DNA of 50,014 nucleotides, from positions 1 through 50,014 of IMG/VR virus record IMGVR_UViG_3300027834_000009, one strand, 5' to 3'. Positions 24,091 through 33,272 of the stretch are shown here, in pieces. The stretch's first letter is position 1; each line of letters begins with the position of its first letter. Made by a program: the position numbers and the translations under genes. The notes under the pieces were generated by a model. That model saw only the letters and a list, made by a program, of their open reading frames with translations, was not told the origin of the DNA and made no database searches. This stretch comes from a virus (lineage: Duplodnaviria; Caudoviricetes).

Positions 24091-24572
24091 ATCTCGCCTA
24101 CATCTACAGAACACCCCTACCAGATTGTAACTCGGGCATTCTCAAAGTTGACGACCACATATTTTTCACCGTAGAACGCCCCTGGATACCTCATAGGGAG
24201 TCGAAAGGTGGAACACCCTTTCAATCATGTATCCCTGATGGCCGATATACCTTAGAGCCGTTCTTACGCACCAATGGTGATACAGTTCCTTGTATGATTA
24301 ACGAGGATTTAGGTGTGTTCAAATATGCTGAAGACCGCAATACAGAATTTGAACGATACGCTTGCTTAATCCACATAGCTAACAAGGTTCAAAATGTTGT
24401 CGGTTGCATCGGTCCAGGACTAGGCGCGATGAATGATGAAAAAGGTTATCGTACAGTCTCTAGCGGTTTAGCTATGAATAAGTTACAATCACTCCTCATA
24501 TTAGTAACGCATCTTGAGATTATAACTAATGCTGTCACTACGTTATCAGGACCTAGTCTATCGGAGCTCTAA
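24087..24572 (+). CDS. DUF5675-like putative endolysin/peptidoglycan enzyme
   Basis: TVERPW, SCIPDGRY, LIH.AN......GCI.PG and S..AM..L pattern. ATGA overlap at 24087. Confidence 0.7.
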   Translation: MNLAYIYRTPLPDCNSGILKVDDHIFFTVERPWIPHRESKGGTPFQSCIPDGRYTLEPFLRTNGDTVPCMINEDLGVFKYAEDRNTEFERYACLIHIANKVQNVVGCIGPGLGAMNDEKGYRTVSSGLAMNKLQSLLILVTHLEIITNAVTTLSGPSLSEL

Positions 24573-24575
24573 CTA

Positions 24576-25493
24576 ATGGCACTGGTACCAGTAGTAACCA
24601 GCCTGCCGACGCCCCCTAATTTAATTTACAACGTCTATGACTCGCTTGACATTGTAGCCGATGCATCGTTTTTAGTAGAAAACTACACCATTGGCCCAGT
24701 TATTAATCTCGGTGCTTTCACTAACATATCAGGCGTTTACTACAATAAATTTACTCATCGCGTCGGGTTCATCCAGAACAACACCGGTTTAATTTACGAA
24801 TTTACCTATGCTGCACTTAAGGCTGCAACTATCGCCGTGCCTCCAGTACTATTACGCACTATCACACTAGCAGGGCTTGACGGTGATGACACCGAGGGAT
24901 GCAGCAACATAGTGCATAACTACCTCGAAGGCGGTTTTGAGAATTGGGTGTGTGACGAGAACGGCGGGGCTAATCGCGTGTACAATTTGCCTTGGACATT
25001 TGACGAAATGTTTAGCACTGCTGATGTCACCATCACTGCGAGACAGCGCCTAACTATGGCAGCTAATGCCAGTCCCAATGAGGGTACAGAGGGCGTCTCG
25101 ATGAATAAATGGACGCAAGATATCGACAGTGTCCAAGAGGGTGGTGTTAGTCCCCAAGTGTACCGTCGAGCTGTACGCCCTACGAACCGAGACACTAGTT
25201 ACACATTCACGGACCCTGAACTTGTGGTCACAAATCCATTTGATTCAAGCACATTAGCGGGTGATCAGTCTGACGTAACCATTCACCACGGTACAGGTCA
25301 CAGCTTGATATTGTCGGACACAGCGAATGCACTAAATCAAGTAACTACTGACGGACTAAACACTCTAGTCTCCACGCTAAACCTTGGCGCTACATTTGAT
25401 CAGCCTGAGGGTTTTTGCCAAACCATAGGGCTTGAAGGTATCATTGCGAGCGAAACCGATTCATTCGCATTCTTGACATACGTGACACCATAA
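24576..25493 (+). CDS. SdiA-regulated/YjiK-like beta-propeller protein
   Basis: Repeated blade motifs NISGVYYN, LLRTITL.G..DTEG, GTEGVS, DQSDV......HSLILSD and QPEG. Confidence 0.6.
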   Translation: MALVPVVTSLPTPPNLIYNVYDSLDIVADASFLVENYTIGPVINLGAFTNISGVYYNKFTHRVGFIQNNTGLIYEFTYAALKAATIAVPPVLLRTITLAGLDGDDTEGCSNIVHNYLEGGFENWVCDENGGANRVYNLPWTFDEMFSTADVTITARQRLTMAANASPNEGTEGVSMNKWTQDIDSVQEGGVSPQVYRRAVRPTNRDTSYTFTDPELVVTNPFDSSTLAGDQSDVTIHHGTGHSLILSDTANALNQVTTDGLNTLVSTLNLGATFDQPEGFCQTIGLEGIIASETDSFAFLTYVTP

Positions 25494-28018
25494 TGGCCCT
25501 AATCCTAACCCCTATCGCTGAAACTACTAACAACACTCTCGCGGTGGTTGATGGTGTGGGTAATCGGTACATCGGATACTCTATCCATCCTAATGAATCG
25601 AACGCTCAAAGAGACCTAACTGACGTTACACTGGGAGGGGTAAGTGCAGCGGCTGTGCTGGTCAATGAGCCAATCAGCGGCAATCAATTGTCAGTTTTTT
25701 ATGCATATTTTCTAGAAGCGCAGATTGCTGCTAGAGTTAGTGATGTATTTGTCCCGGTCTGGGCTGCGGCTCCTCCTAGCGTTAAAGTTTACGCCTTTCA
25801 GGTTGATGGTGAGGTAGACCAGTTAGCGCCCCATAACGGGGCTGCACAAGTTGTTAGTAATCCAGGCGGACCAATAGCGCCGGTAGACCTACCATCAGTA
25901 AGCGTACTCGATGGCGGCCTTGCTTTCGAATTCGCAGCCTCAGGTACTGGAGGCACAACATTTACTTGGGTTGATTTTACTCAACTAAGTACTAACGGTG
26001 CTGGAGGATTCACTACAGCTACCGCAATGCAAGCCGTACCAGCTGCGGCCAGTATTACAGCTGAATATTCAGCTACCGCTAATCGATCATCGTTAATGCT
26101 GTTATCAATCAGTGAAGCGGGAGATACAAACCCATCAGTATCTAATGTGGCCAGCGGTGCGGGAGACATATCACCGGGTGATGTATCAGTACCCATAGAT
26201 GGTACAAATTTTGAAGCGTTACAAGGGACGGGTATAGTCACGTTCAGCCCAACGGATGATATCACCGACGTACTTAGGGTGGAGGTATCGACCGTCACAG
26301 CCTGGGCAGCAACACAAGTTAGTGTGACTATCCCAGATCCGTTAAGTCTACTGTACGATAATATTTTCGTATTCGTTACAAATAATACGGGCGACTCAAA
26401 CGCTAACGGGTTCCAGATAGCTTTAACTCCTAAGGTTGGAGTAGCTTATACTCGCATCGCTTTTCAACACCCTGACGGAATACTAGCGGGTGTCGCGGGT
26501 GTCGAGCTTGGCGTTGACCAAATAGAATATTCTACAACCACACCAGGTGGCGGTACGGTGGTGTTAGGACCATCGGGTACTTATGAGGTTTTCGGGTATG
26601 TAGGGGCTCCAGTTAGTCAGGATACTTTCACTTATCGATTAGGTGACCAAACTGACCAGACATGGAGCGCCGAAACCACATTCACCATTGGTGCTGAAAC
26701 TGGCACCGGTACAGCTGATACCACCTCTAATTCTGATATCGTTGCGGCTGGTCAAAAGGATACAAGTAGTGACGCGAGTCATTCAAGCACGTCCACATTG
26801 GCCGTAGGTGCTCAAAAAGACACATCGGGGGCCGCGAATACTACCAGTAACTCAAATATCGCAGCAGTAGGCTCTAAGGCTGGCAGTGAGGCTGCAAACA
26901 CCACTAGTAATTCCGATATCGTTGCGGCTGGTACCAAGGCTGGCAATAGTGCCGTCGATACTACCTCTAATTCCGATATCGTTGCGGCTGGTACCAAGGC
27001 TGGCAATAGTGCTGTAAACCTTACTAGTAATTCAACAATTACGGCTATTGGCACATCATCAACCGCCGCCACCGGTACGGCTGACACTACCTCTAATTCT
27101 GATATCGTTGCGGCTGGTACCAAAGATACGAGCAGTGATGTCAGTCATTCAAGTACGTCCGATATCAATGCAGCTGCTGATAAAGACACGACCGGCGCGG
27201 CTGATACTCTTAGTAATTCTGATATCGTTGCTGATGGCACCAAAGATACGAGCAGTGACGCCGGTCATTCGAGTCTATCCGATATTACAGTGGTTAGTGA
27301 TAGAGCCAATGATGGTGTAGTCGATGCTACCTCTAATTCTGATATCAATGCTCAAGGAGATAAAGCGTCCAATAGTGACGCCGGTCATTCAAGCACGTCC
27401 GATATCATCGCTGATGGGCAAAAAGATACGAGCAGCATTGCCGACCACTCGTCGGTAAGCTCAATCACAGTAATAGGTGTAGCGTCTACTCCCGGCGGTG
27501 GTTCGGCAAACACTCTTAGTAATTCCGATATCGTTGCAGCTGGCACTAAGGACGTACCGGGCGCAGTTGATGCCTCGAGTCAATCTGATGTTGTGGCCAT
27601 AGGTGCGCGTAGTTCTAGTGGTGTTTCAGACACTTCTAGTTTGTCAAACATCACCGCCACCGGGCAAAAAGGGGCTAGTAGTGCCGCAGATTTAGCAAGC
27701 CAATCAGACCTACAAGCTACCGGTGAGGGTGTTCTACCAGATGAGGGAGTGGCTAACACTTCCAGCTTGAGTACAGTAACAGCCATAGGTCGTAAATCTT
27801 CTACCGGTGCGGCCAACCACTCGTCAGTAAGTTCAATCACAGCGATAGGCTTAAAGAACGCATCCAGTGCCGCAGACCTATCAAGTGTGTCAAATATCAC
27901 CATTCTGTCAGGATCTCAAGTACTTCCAGATATAGATCCTGATTTAATTATGTTAGAATCATTAACTATGCCGGTACAAATAGAATCTGTACCGTCAACA
28001 CAACTACTAAGAGGGTAG
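25493..28018 (+). CDS. Large putative fibre/structural protein with an IPT/TIG-like domain and a 20-aa repeat region
   Basis: PSVSNV.....SPGD.SVPIDGTNF...QGTG.VTF...VTAWAATQVSVTIP resembles IPT/TIG. The C-terminal ~400 aa are Ser/Thr/Ala repeats. Confidence 0.7.
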   Translation: MALILTPIAETTNNTLAVVDGVGNRYIGYSIHPNESNAQRDLTDVTLGGVSAAAVLVNEPISGNQLSVFYAYFLEAQIAARVSDVFVPVWAAAPPSVKVYAFQVDGEVDQLAPHNGAAQVVSNPGGPIAPVDLPSVSVLDGGLAFEFAASGTGGTTFTWVDFTQLSTNGAGGFTTATAMQAVPAAASITAEYSATANRSSLMLLSISEAGDTNPSVSNVASGAGDISPGDVSVPIDGTNFEALQGTGIVTFSPTDDITDVLRVEVSTVTAWAATQVSVTIPDPLSLLYDNIFVFVTNNTGDSNANGFQIALTPKVGVAYTRIAFQHPDGILAGVAGVELGVDQIEYSTTTPGGGTVVLGPSGTYEVFGYVGAPVSQDTFTYRLGDQTDQTWSAETTFTIGAETGTGTADTTSNSDIVAAGQKDTSSDASHSSTSTLAVGAQKDTSGAANTTSNSNIAAVGSKAGSEAANTTSNSDIVAAGTKAGNSAVDTTSNSDIVAAGTKAGNSAVNLTSNSTITAIGTSSTAATGTADTTSNSDIVAAGTKDTSSDVSHSSTSDINAAADKDTTGAADTLSNSDIVADGTKDTSSDAGHSSLSDITVVSDRANDGVVDATSNSDINAQGDKASNSDAGHSSTSDIIADGQKDTSSIADHSSVSSITVIGVASTPGGGSANTLSNSDIVAAGTKDVPGAVDASSQSDVVAIGARSSSGVSDTSSLSNITATGQKGASSAADLASQSDLQATGEGVLPDEGVANTSSLSTVTAIGRKSSTGAANHSSVSSITAIGLKNASSAADLSSVSNITILSGSQVLPDIDPDLIMLESLTMPVQIESVPSTQLLRG
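26717..27905 (+). repeat. About 20 imperfect 60-bp (20-aa) coding repeats, consensus like DTTSNSDIVAAGTKDTSSAA
   Basis: The 60-bp period is visible directly (lines 26881 and 26941 share TAATTCCGATATCGTTGCGGCTGGTACCAAGGC). Three units are 22 aa. Confidence 0.9.
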
Positions 28019-28024
28019 ATAATC

Positions 28025-28363
28025 ATGGCTTTAAACGCAGATGCGCACAACGTACTATTGGGCGCTTTGGATATCACACAAGTATCATTGCATACCGCAG
28101 CACCTGGTGTTGGTGGTCTAGCAAATGAGGTTACAGGCGGTACTTATGCGAGACAAAACATCACTTATGCGGCGGCTGCGGCTGAAGCACGAGCGGCAAG
28201 CAACCAACCCGTATTTGATGTACCCGCAGCTACCACCGTAGCATTTGTCGGATTTTGGGCTGTAGCGGCTTATCGGGGTGATGTTGATGTGGTCGACGAG
28301 GTATTTGGTGGTGCTGGTACTTACACTATCACTAGCTCGACGGTATCATTAGCGGCTGCATAA
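28025..28363 (+). CDS. Small Ala-rich virion fibre-associated protein
   Basis: VSLHTAAPG....NEVTGGTYARQ...FDVPA.TTV..VGFW pattern, as seen in small phage structural proteins. Confidence 0.6.
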   Translation: MALNADAHNVLLGALDITQVSLHTAAPGVGGLANEVTGGTYARQNITYAAAAAEARAASNQPVFDVPAATTVAFVGFWAVAAYRGDVDVVDEVFGGAGTYTITSSTVSLAAA

Positions 28364-28364
28364 A

Positions 28365-28736
28365 GTGAGCGGGGCCAATAGTGCGGCACGTGAAATAGTA
28401 TTTATTGGTACGTCCGACTTATTCAGGATACGACTAAATACATTTGATTCGGTTCAAGGGCGCTATGTCCCTTTTCCGTTTGAAAATGCTACTCGTATCA
28501 CTCTAGAATTTGCAGGGCTTACCATAGATGAAACTAGCTTTGGTGCAGGTAGTACAATCGATACCAGCGAGGGAGGCGGCGCTCTAGTTTTTAGACTTGG
28601 CGCTACTCCTAATCTGGTCCCAGTAACTCAGGCTAACGCGGTGCTGAGAGTGTTTGACCCTGTACACCCGAGCGGTCAAACACTAGCAAGTCCAGCACTA
28701 CCGCTAAGCGGCCTACAAATTACGGTAAGCAACTAA
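28365..28736 (+). CDS. Putative beta-rich virion adaptor protein
   Basis: 123-aa beta-rich ORF at the end of the fibre module. Confidence 0.55.
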   Translation: MSGANSAAREIVFIGTSDLFRIRLNTFDSVQGRYVPFPFENATRITLEFAGLTIDETSFGAGSTIDTSEGGGALVFRLGATPNLVPVTQANAVLRVFDPVHPSGQTLASPALPLSGLQITVSN

Positions 28737-28874
28737 ACTAGGAGAAACTAATGGCAGTTATACAATCAGTAATTAACGAGACCGCGGGCGAAGGTATTGA
28801 AGCTGGAGGTTTATGTGTTGAGGGTGGTGGCGCAGGTATTAGCAACTAAACTAGGAGAAACTAATGGAAGTTAT
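28728..28874 (+). repeat. 34-bp direct repeat (AGCAACTAAACTAGGAGAAACTAATGGMAGTTAT) at 28728-28761 and 28841-28874
   Basis: 33 of 34 bases identical. Each copy holds a stop codon, an RBS and an ATG. Confidence 0.95.
28751..28849 (+). CDS. 32-aa micro-ORF between the 34-bp direct repeats
   Basis: Manual translation: MAVIQSVINETAGEGIEAGGLCVEGGGAGISN, with an AGGAG RBS. Confidence 0.55.
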   Translation: MAVIQSVINETAGEGIEAGGLCVEGGGAGISN

Positions 28875-29106
28875 CAAACGTCTATATACTGACTCTGAGG
28901 GGAAACCATGTAGCGCAAAAATGCAGAATTCTGCGGTATTTTTCCTCATTTTTATCAAACTAGCAGTAAGTGGTGCCACATTATTCGGCCATGAGTTCAG
29001 CGCTGTGACACTCGAGAGCATGGGTCCATACCTCGCGCTTATGGGTGTCACGACAGGCGGATACTTAAAGCGAGCTAGTGATAAGGGTAAGGGGTCCGCA
29101 GCATGA
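28864..29106 (+). CDS. Putative holin (two TM segments, basic C-terminus)
   Basis: 80 aa, two hydrophobic stretches, directly upstream of the spanin-like pair. Confidence 0.55.
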   Translation: MEVIKRLYTDSEGKPCSAKMQNSAVFFLIFIKLAVSGATLFGHEFSAVTLESMGPYLALMGVTTGGYLKRASDKGKGSAA

Positions 29107-29348
29107 TTGAGCTATACTTACTCGGCGGCGCGGCTGGCTTCATCGCTTGGTTGTGGTTTTCTCGTAAAAAACTAAAGAATGAGAATAATGAGCTACGTGA
29201 AAATCTAACCATAGCGACTACTCAGGTTAACTATTACAAAACTCATTCCGCAGAGGTGCAAAAAATCCTTTCAGATGATGAGGGAAAAATAGAGGAGGCT
29301 GTACAAAATGCGAAAGATAATAATTTTGATGAGTTTTATAATACTTAG
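29103..29348 (+). CDS. Putative inner-membrane spanin (Rz-like)
   Basis: N-terminal TM helix plus a coiled coil; overlaps a lipoprotein gene. Confidence 0.6.
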   Translation: MIELYLLGGAAGFIAWLWFSRKKLKNENNELRENLTIATTQVNYYKTHSAEVQKILSDDEGKIEEAVQNAKDNNFDEFYNT

Positions 29349-29562
29349 TGGTTGTGCCTCAGTTCCGCCACCGATCCCTCATCCTGATGTTGAAATTTTA
29401 ACAATACCTAAACTACCAGCTACCACGCGAGCGGTGCTTGATTGTACTGACCATCTTAATATTGATATTTGTACATGGATTCAGCGACGAGAATCAATAC
29501 TCAAAGAGCAGTTACACAACCAGTTTGATATTAATCGTAGCCACAATGAGAAATTACACTAA
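29308..29562 (+). CDS. Putative outer-membrane spanin lipoprotein (Rz1-like)
   Basis: Signal peptide with an LSGC lipobox, followed by the Pro-rich segment PPPIPHP. Confidence 0.7.
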   Translation: MRKIIILMSFIILSGCASVPPPIPHPDVEILTIPKLPATTRAVLDCTDHLNIDICTWIQRRESILKEQLHNQFDINRSHNEKLH

Positions 29563-30365
29563 TGTCTACCTTACAAGGCCGTCAACACAATAACACTTAC
29601 CTCGATTTACTCCACATTGAAAATAGTAACGGTGGGTTTGATTCAGTCCTCAGGCGTATTGAGTCGGGCAATGGTGACGAATCCGCATTGTCCCTCAGTG
29701 AAACCGAGGCTAGGGTGGATGGTGCTTTAACTGTCACCGGTGTCACAGAATTCACTATTAGACCAACTGTCGGCGGTGTTGGTGTGGCTCTAACCAGTGA
29801 GCTTGGCGGAGCGGCTGTAAACCTTAATAACGTATTCATCCAGTGGCGTAATGTAGCTGATCTTGCTGATGTTGATGTGCTCAAACTAAACGCTAGCGAC
29901 CAGGTAGAACTAGGTGCTAGTAGTACGGTTCTACTCAGTTCTCCAGCAGGAGGAACAGCATTTCAAACCGTAGACAGAACCACTTTAACGAGGGTTTCTG
30001 GTGCTGAAGTGCTGGACGGTAACGGAACGTTTAGAAGTGTAGGTTTCAATGTTATGCCGATACTTGCGGTCGCTGGTAGTGTCACAGTGGGTAGGAGTCA
30101 GGCAGGTTACCAAATGCGGATTACAGGCGCCGGTGGTGTCACGATAACCATTGATGATGCGTCAATGCCTGAGGGTGCGACGTTCGTGGTTTTAAATAAT
30201 AGTGGAGCTGCATGTACTGTAGCTGGCGTTGTAACTTACGAATTTTATAATGGGTCTGCTGTAGCTTCACAAGGCACTATTACGGTGGCGGTAGGCGGTG
30301 TCCTCACAATATCCCGCACTGCAACATCAGCGGTTTACTCAGCATGGGGCGCGGGTTTAAGTTAA
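29562..30365 (+). CDS. Putative tail-fibre/receptor-binding structural protein
   Basis: Gly/Thr/Val-rich beta-structured ORF; TAATG coupling at both ends. Confidence 0.55.
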   Translation: MSTLQGRQHNNTYLDLLHIENSNGGFDSVLRRIESGNGDESALSLSETEARVDGALTVTGVTEFTIRPTVGGVGVALTSELGGAAVNLNNVFIQWRNVADLADVDVLKLNASDQVELGASSTVLLSSPAGGTAFQTVDRTTLTRVSGAEVLDGNGTFRSVGFNVMPILAVAGSVTVGRSQAGYQMRITGAGGVTITIDDASMPEGATFVVLNNSGAACTVAGVVTYEFYNGSAVASQGTITVAVGGVLTISRTATSAVYSAWGAGLS

Positions 30366-31423
30366 TGAGTATTTGTCACTTTGCAACCATGAATCAAGTA
30401 GAGTCTGGGCCTGTAGTTATTCAGGAAAATTGGGACCCTACATTAGAGTTAGGCAATAGTTCCAATGACCAATCTGTAACCTATACCGAAAGTAACCGAC
30501 TAGCAACAATGGCCGCATTCAATACAACTAGCTCAGTCTCCTTAGCTGGAGGACTCGCTAGGGACACTGAACGTCGATATATTGAATTCGAACTAGTCAC
30601 CGGTCAAGTAGCCGTTGTGACTACTCCTCTTAATGTAAGCCTGATTGAAGAGGGTAGAACACCTACTCTGAACAGTCCTGGTGATGTTGATGGAACGAGG
30701 ATTGCGGGTTTCAAAATGGAAAGCCTGAGTACTATTGGTGCAGATGGGGAATGGGTACGCTCATTCCTCAACGAACAACAATTCTCAAATGGGTTCAAAA
30801 CATCCTATTCAGTAAGCGGCGATGTTCTCGGTTTAGAAATAGATTTTGTTAGTCGCGATGTGAGCGTATACAACGATGGTGTATTGCAAGCCACTGTATC
30901 GGGCGCACTACCGGCAAACCTTTATGGGTCATTGAGACCACATATAGTATTGCCGCAAATTGGGGCTACGCTCTGGTCTGTGCGATTAAATCAGCGTGAG
31001 GGTGAGTTTGCCAACCTGATCCCACTTGGCGCGATAGCATGGGCTGGTGAGGACTTTATAGGGCAATTAGCAGCTATTGCCGCACCAAATGTCACCGATA
31101 TGTCAGTGGGGGTAACTTCCGCTGCAAATACTATGGCCGCTGGTGAATGGTCTGCTTGGACAATGGACACTACAATCACATCCGAGAACGGGCTACAAGG
31201 AAATATAGTTACATCTAGTAACGACCTATTCACAGATAGATATCTAGTCGAAATTTGGGGAGATGATGGAACTGGATTAGCTAGACATGTGCAGAGCAGC
31301 GCTCAAGCATTACCCACCGTGGCATTTAGTCCTGCATCACTAGGGCTGACAAGTGCGTTCTTCGTAATCAGGAATGATACAGTAGCTTCTCGCACGGTAA
31401 CTGTTACAGTCAATTTCAGTTAG
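30365..31423 (+). CDS. Putative fibre-tip protein with a SPRY/ConA-like domain
   Basis: RYIEFEL...GDVLGLEIDF..R.VSVYNDG..Q resembles SPRY. The ATG at 30365 overlaps the upstream TAA. Confidence 0.55.
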   Translation: MSICHFATMNQVESGPVVIQENWDPTLELGNSSNDQSVTYTESNRLATMAAFNTTSSVSLAGGLARDTERRYIEFELVTGQVAVVTTPLNVSLIEEGRTPTLNSPGDVDGTRIAGFKMESLSTIGADGEWVRSFLNEQQFSNGFKTSYSVSGDVLGLEIDFVSRDVSVYNDGVLQATVSGALPANLYGSLRPHIVLPQIGATLWSVRLNQREGEFANLIPLGAIAWAGEDFIGQLAAIAAPNVTDMSVGVTSAANTMAAGEWSAWTMDTTITSENGLQGNIVTSSNDLFTDRYLVEIWGDDGTGLARHVQSSAQALPTVAFSPASLGLTSAFFVIRNDTVASRTVTVTVNFS

Positions 31424-31463
31424 TGTTATAATTGCACTTTAAGGCAAATCACCGGGGGATACG

Positions 31464-31640
31464 ATGGATTATTTCGTGCTCAGAATGACAGAGCAAGACA
31501 AAACAAATTTAATTAATATTATGGATAAGGCCACAATCACAGGCTTGGCCAATTCAAAAGCAATCGTAGACCTAGCGCAACGAATTGTCGACGCACCCAT
31601 AGAAGGGGGTAGTTCGGGTACTCCCCTAGGCGACGAGTAA
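31464..31640 (+). CDS. Small hypothetical protein (58 aa, not in ORF track)
   Basis: GGGGG RBS. Manual translation MDYFVLRMTEQDKTNLINIMDKATITGLANSKAIVDLAQRIV... A TATAAT lies upstream at 31427. Confidence 0.6.
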   Translation: MDYFVLRMTEQDKTNLINIMDKATITGLANSKAIVDLAQRIVDAPIEGGSSGTPLGDE

Positions 31641-31645
31641 CGCTT

Positions 31646-32062
31646 ATGGCTTACGAGGTGATGTACGGCAAGGAACATAAGGACGCTGTCGTAGAGTTAA
31701 TTGAATCAGGAATGACTCAGGGACAAATATCAGCGGTTGGTGGAATGCCGTCGGCTAGCGTTGTGTATAAGTGGCGCAAAGACGATAAGAAATTTTTACA
31801 AAGATATGACGCTGCTATAGCGACCCGTACCCTTTTATATTTTGACAAGCTGCAGCAAGTCGCTAATGACCTGCTCGACGCTGACAAGCACCTCACGAAT
31901 CAGTACACTAATCGAGTCAAGGTGGCGGCTGATATACTTCTTAAAACCGCGGCATTAGTTGCACCGAGTGTGGCTACGCCCAAAGGGGTACTAGAATTAG
32001 CCGCGCCCAACAGTACCGATATGAATCTACAAGTGAGCTTTGTCAGTGCCAAATCTGATTGA
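31646..32062 (+). CDS. terS: Terminase small subunit
   Basis: HTH-like GMPSASVVYKW......F..RY..A (Sf6 gp1-like); lies directly upstream of TerL. Confidence 0.8.
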   Translation: MAYEVMYGKEHKDAVVELIESGMTQGQISAVGGMPSASVVYKWRKDDKKFLQRYDAAIATRTLLYFDKLQQVANDLLDADKHLTNQYTNRVKVAADILLKTAALVAPSVATPKGVLELAAPNSTDMNLQVSFVSAKSD

Positions 32063-33260
32063 GCTACCTGAGGATTTTCGAGACCTGTTCACGCCATCTA
32101 GGTACAAGGGTTTCTATGGTGGTCGGGGTAGTGGTAAGTCACGCTCGTTTTGTCGCGCAGCACTCATTAAAGGCACTCAAAAGCCTACGCGCATCCTCTG
32201 TTGCCGTGAGATCCAAAAGTCAATCAAGGACTCAGTCAAGCGCGTACTAGATGATGACATTGAACGCATGGGTCTGCAAAATTTCTATCGGTCTACTCGC
32301 GACAATATTTTTGGCCGCAATGGTACTGTATTTATCTTTGCTGGTCTGCGCTCCAATATTGAATCAATTAAATCAATGGAAGGTATCGACCTAGTACTAG
32401 TAGAAGAATCTAACACAATTAGTCAGTACAACCTTGACCAGCTCATACCTACTATTCGTGAGGATAACTCAGAGCTCTGGTTTTGCTGGAATCCAAGACA
32501 CAGTAGTGACCCAGTAGACGCCATGTTTCGAGATGATAAAGGTAACAACCTTGACATGCCCGGCGCTATCATTAAGCAGGTCAATCATGATGGTAATCCG
32601 TGGTTCCCTCAAGTACTCAATACCGAGATGGAATGGTGTAAATCCCGAGACATGGATAAGTACTTACATGTGTGGGAAGGCGGCTACCTACTTAACGGCG
32701 AATCTAGAGTATTCAAAAACTGGAAGGTCGAGCCATTCGACACGCCAACCGATGCAATATTCTACTTTGGCGCTGATTGGGGCTTTAGTATCGACCCGTC
32801 AGTATTAGTTAGAATGTTTATCAAACACAGCATAAACCCAGATACGGGGCTACCTCTGCGCCAATTATTCATTGATTATGAAGCGTGGGCAGTAGGTTGT
32901 GAAATTGACGACACGCCCGAACTATTCGATAATGTACCATTGTCACGCAAATATAGAATCAGAGCGGACAGCGCAAGACCTGAAACAATTAGCCACATGG
33001 TTAAAAAAGGTTTCAGAGTTGTTGCAGCGACAAAGGGTCCCGGTAGTGTCGTTGAAGGAGTAACGTTTATACAAAACTATGAGGTTGTCATTCATCCTCG
33101 GTGTAGACACGTGGCTGAAGAATTTCAACATTATAGCTACAAAACAGATCCGCTAACTGATGAGGTGATCCCCATCTTAGAGGATAAGAAGAATCACACA
33201 ATAGATGCGGTTCGCTACGCATTAGAGCAAGTGCGACTTAAGTCACACTTTGCAGTATAA
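32040..33260 (+). CDS. terL: Terminase large subunit, PBSX/SPP1-like
   Basis: YGGRGSGKS Walker A, REIQKSIKDSV, VLVEE Walker B, WNP, nuclease GADWGF..DP, ADSARPE and NHTIDAVRYA. Confidence 0.95.
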   Translation: MSVPNLIELPEDFRDLFTPSRYKGFYGGRGSGKSRSFCRAALIKGTQKPTRILCCREIQKSIKDSVKRVLDDDIERMGLQNFYRSTRDNIFGRNGTVFIFAGLRSNIESIKSMEGIDLVLVEESNTISQYNLDQLIPTIREDNSELWFCWNPRHSSDPVDAMFRDDKGNNLDMPGAIIKQVNHDGNPWFPQVLNTEMEWCKSRDMDKYLHVWEGGYLLNGESRVFKNWKVEPFDTPTDAIFYFGADWGFSIDPSVLVRMFIKHSINPDTGLPLRQLFIDYEAWAVGCEIDDTPELFDNVPLSRKYRIRADSARPETISHMVKKGFRVVAATKGPGSVVEGVTFIQNYEVVIHPRCRHVAEEFQHYSYKTDPLTDEVIPILEDKKNHTIDAVRYALEQVRLKSHFAV

Positions 33261-33272
33261 GAGGGTACCACC

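Noticed and set aside
26717-27905. Fibre-gene repeats as a diversity-generating retroelement TR/VR pair
   Set aside because: There is no reverse transcriptase in the window, the differences are not adenine-specific, and the repeats are tandem and in frame.
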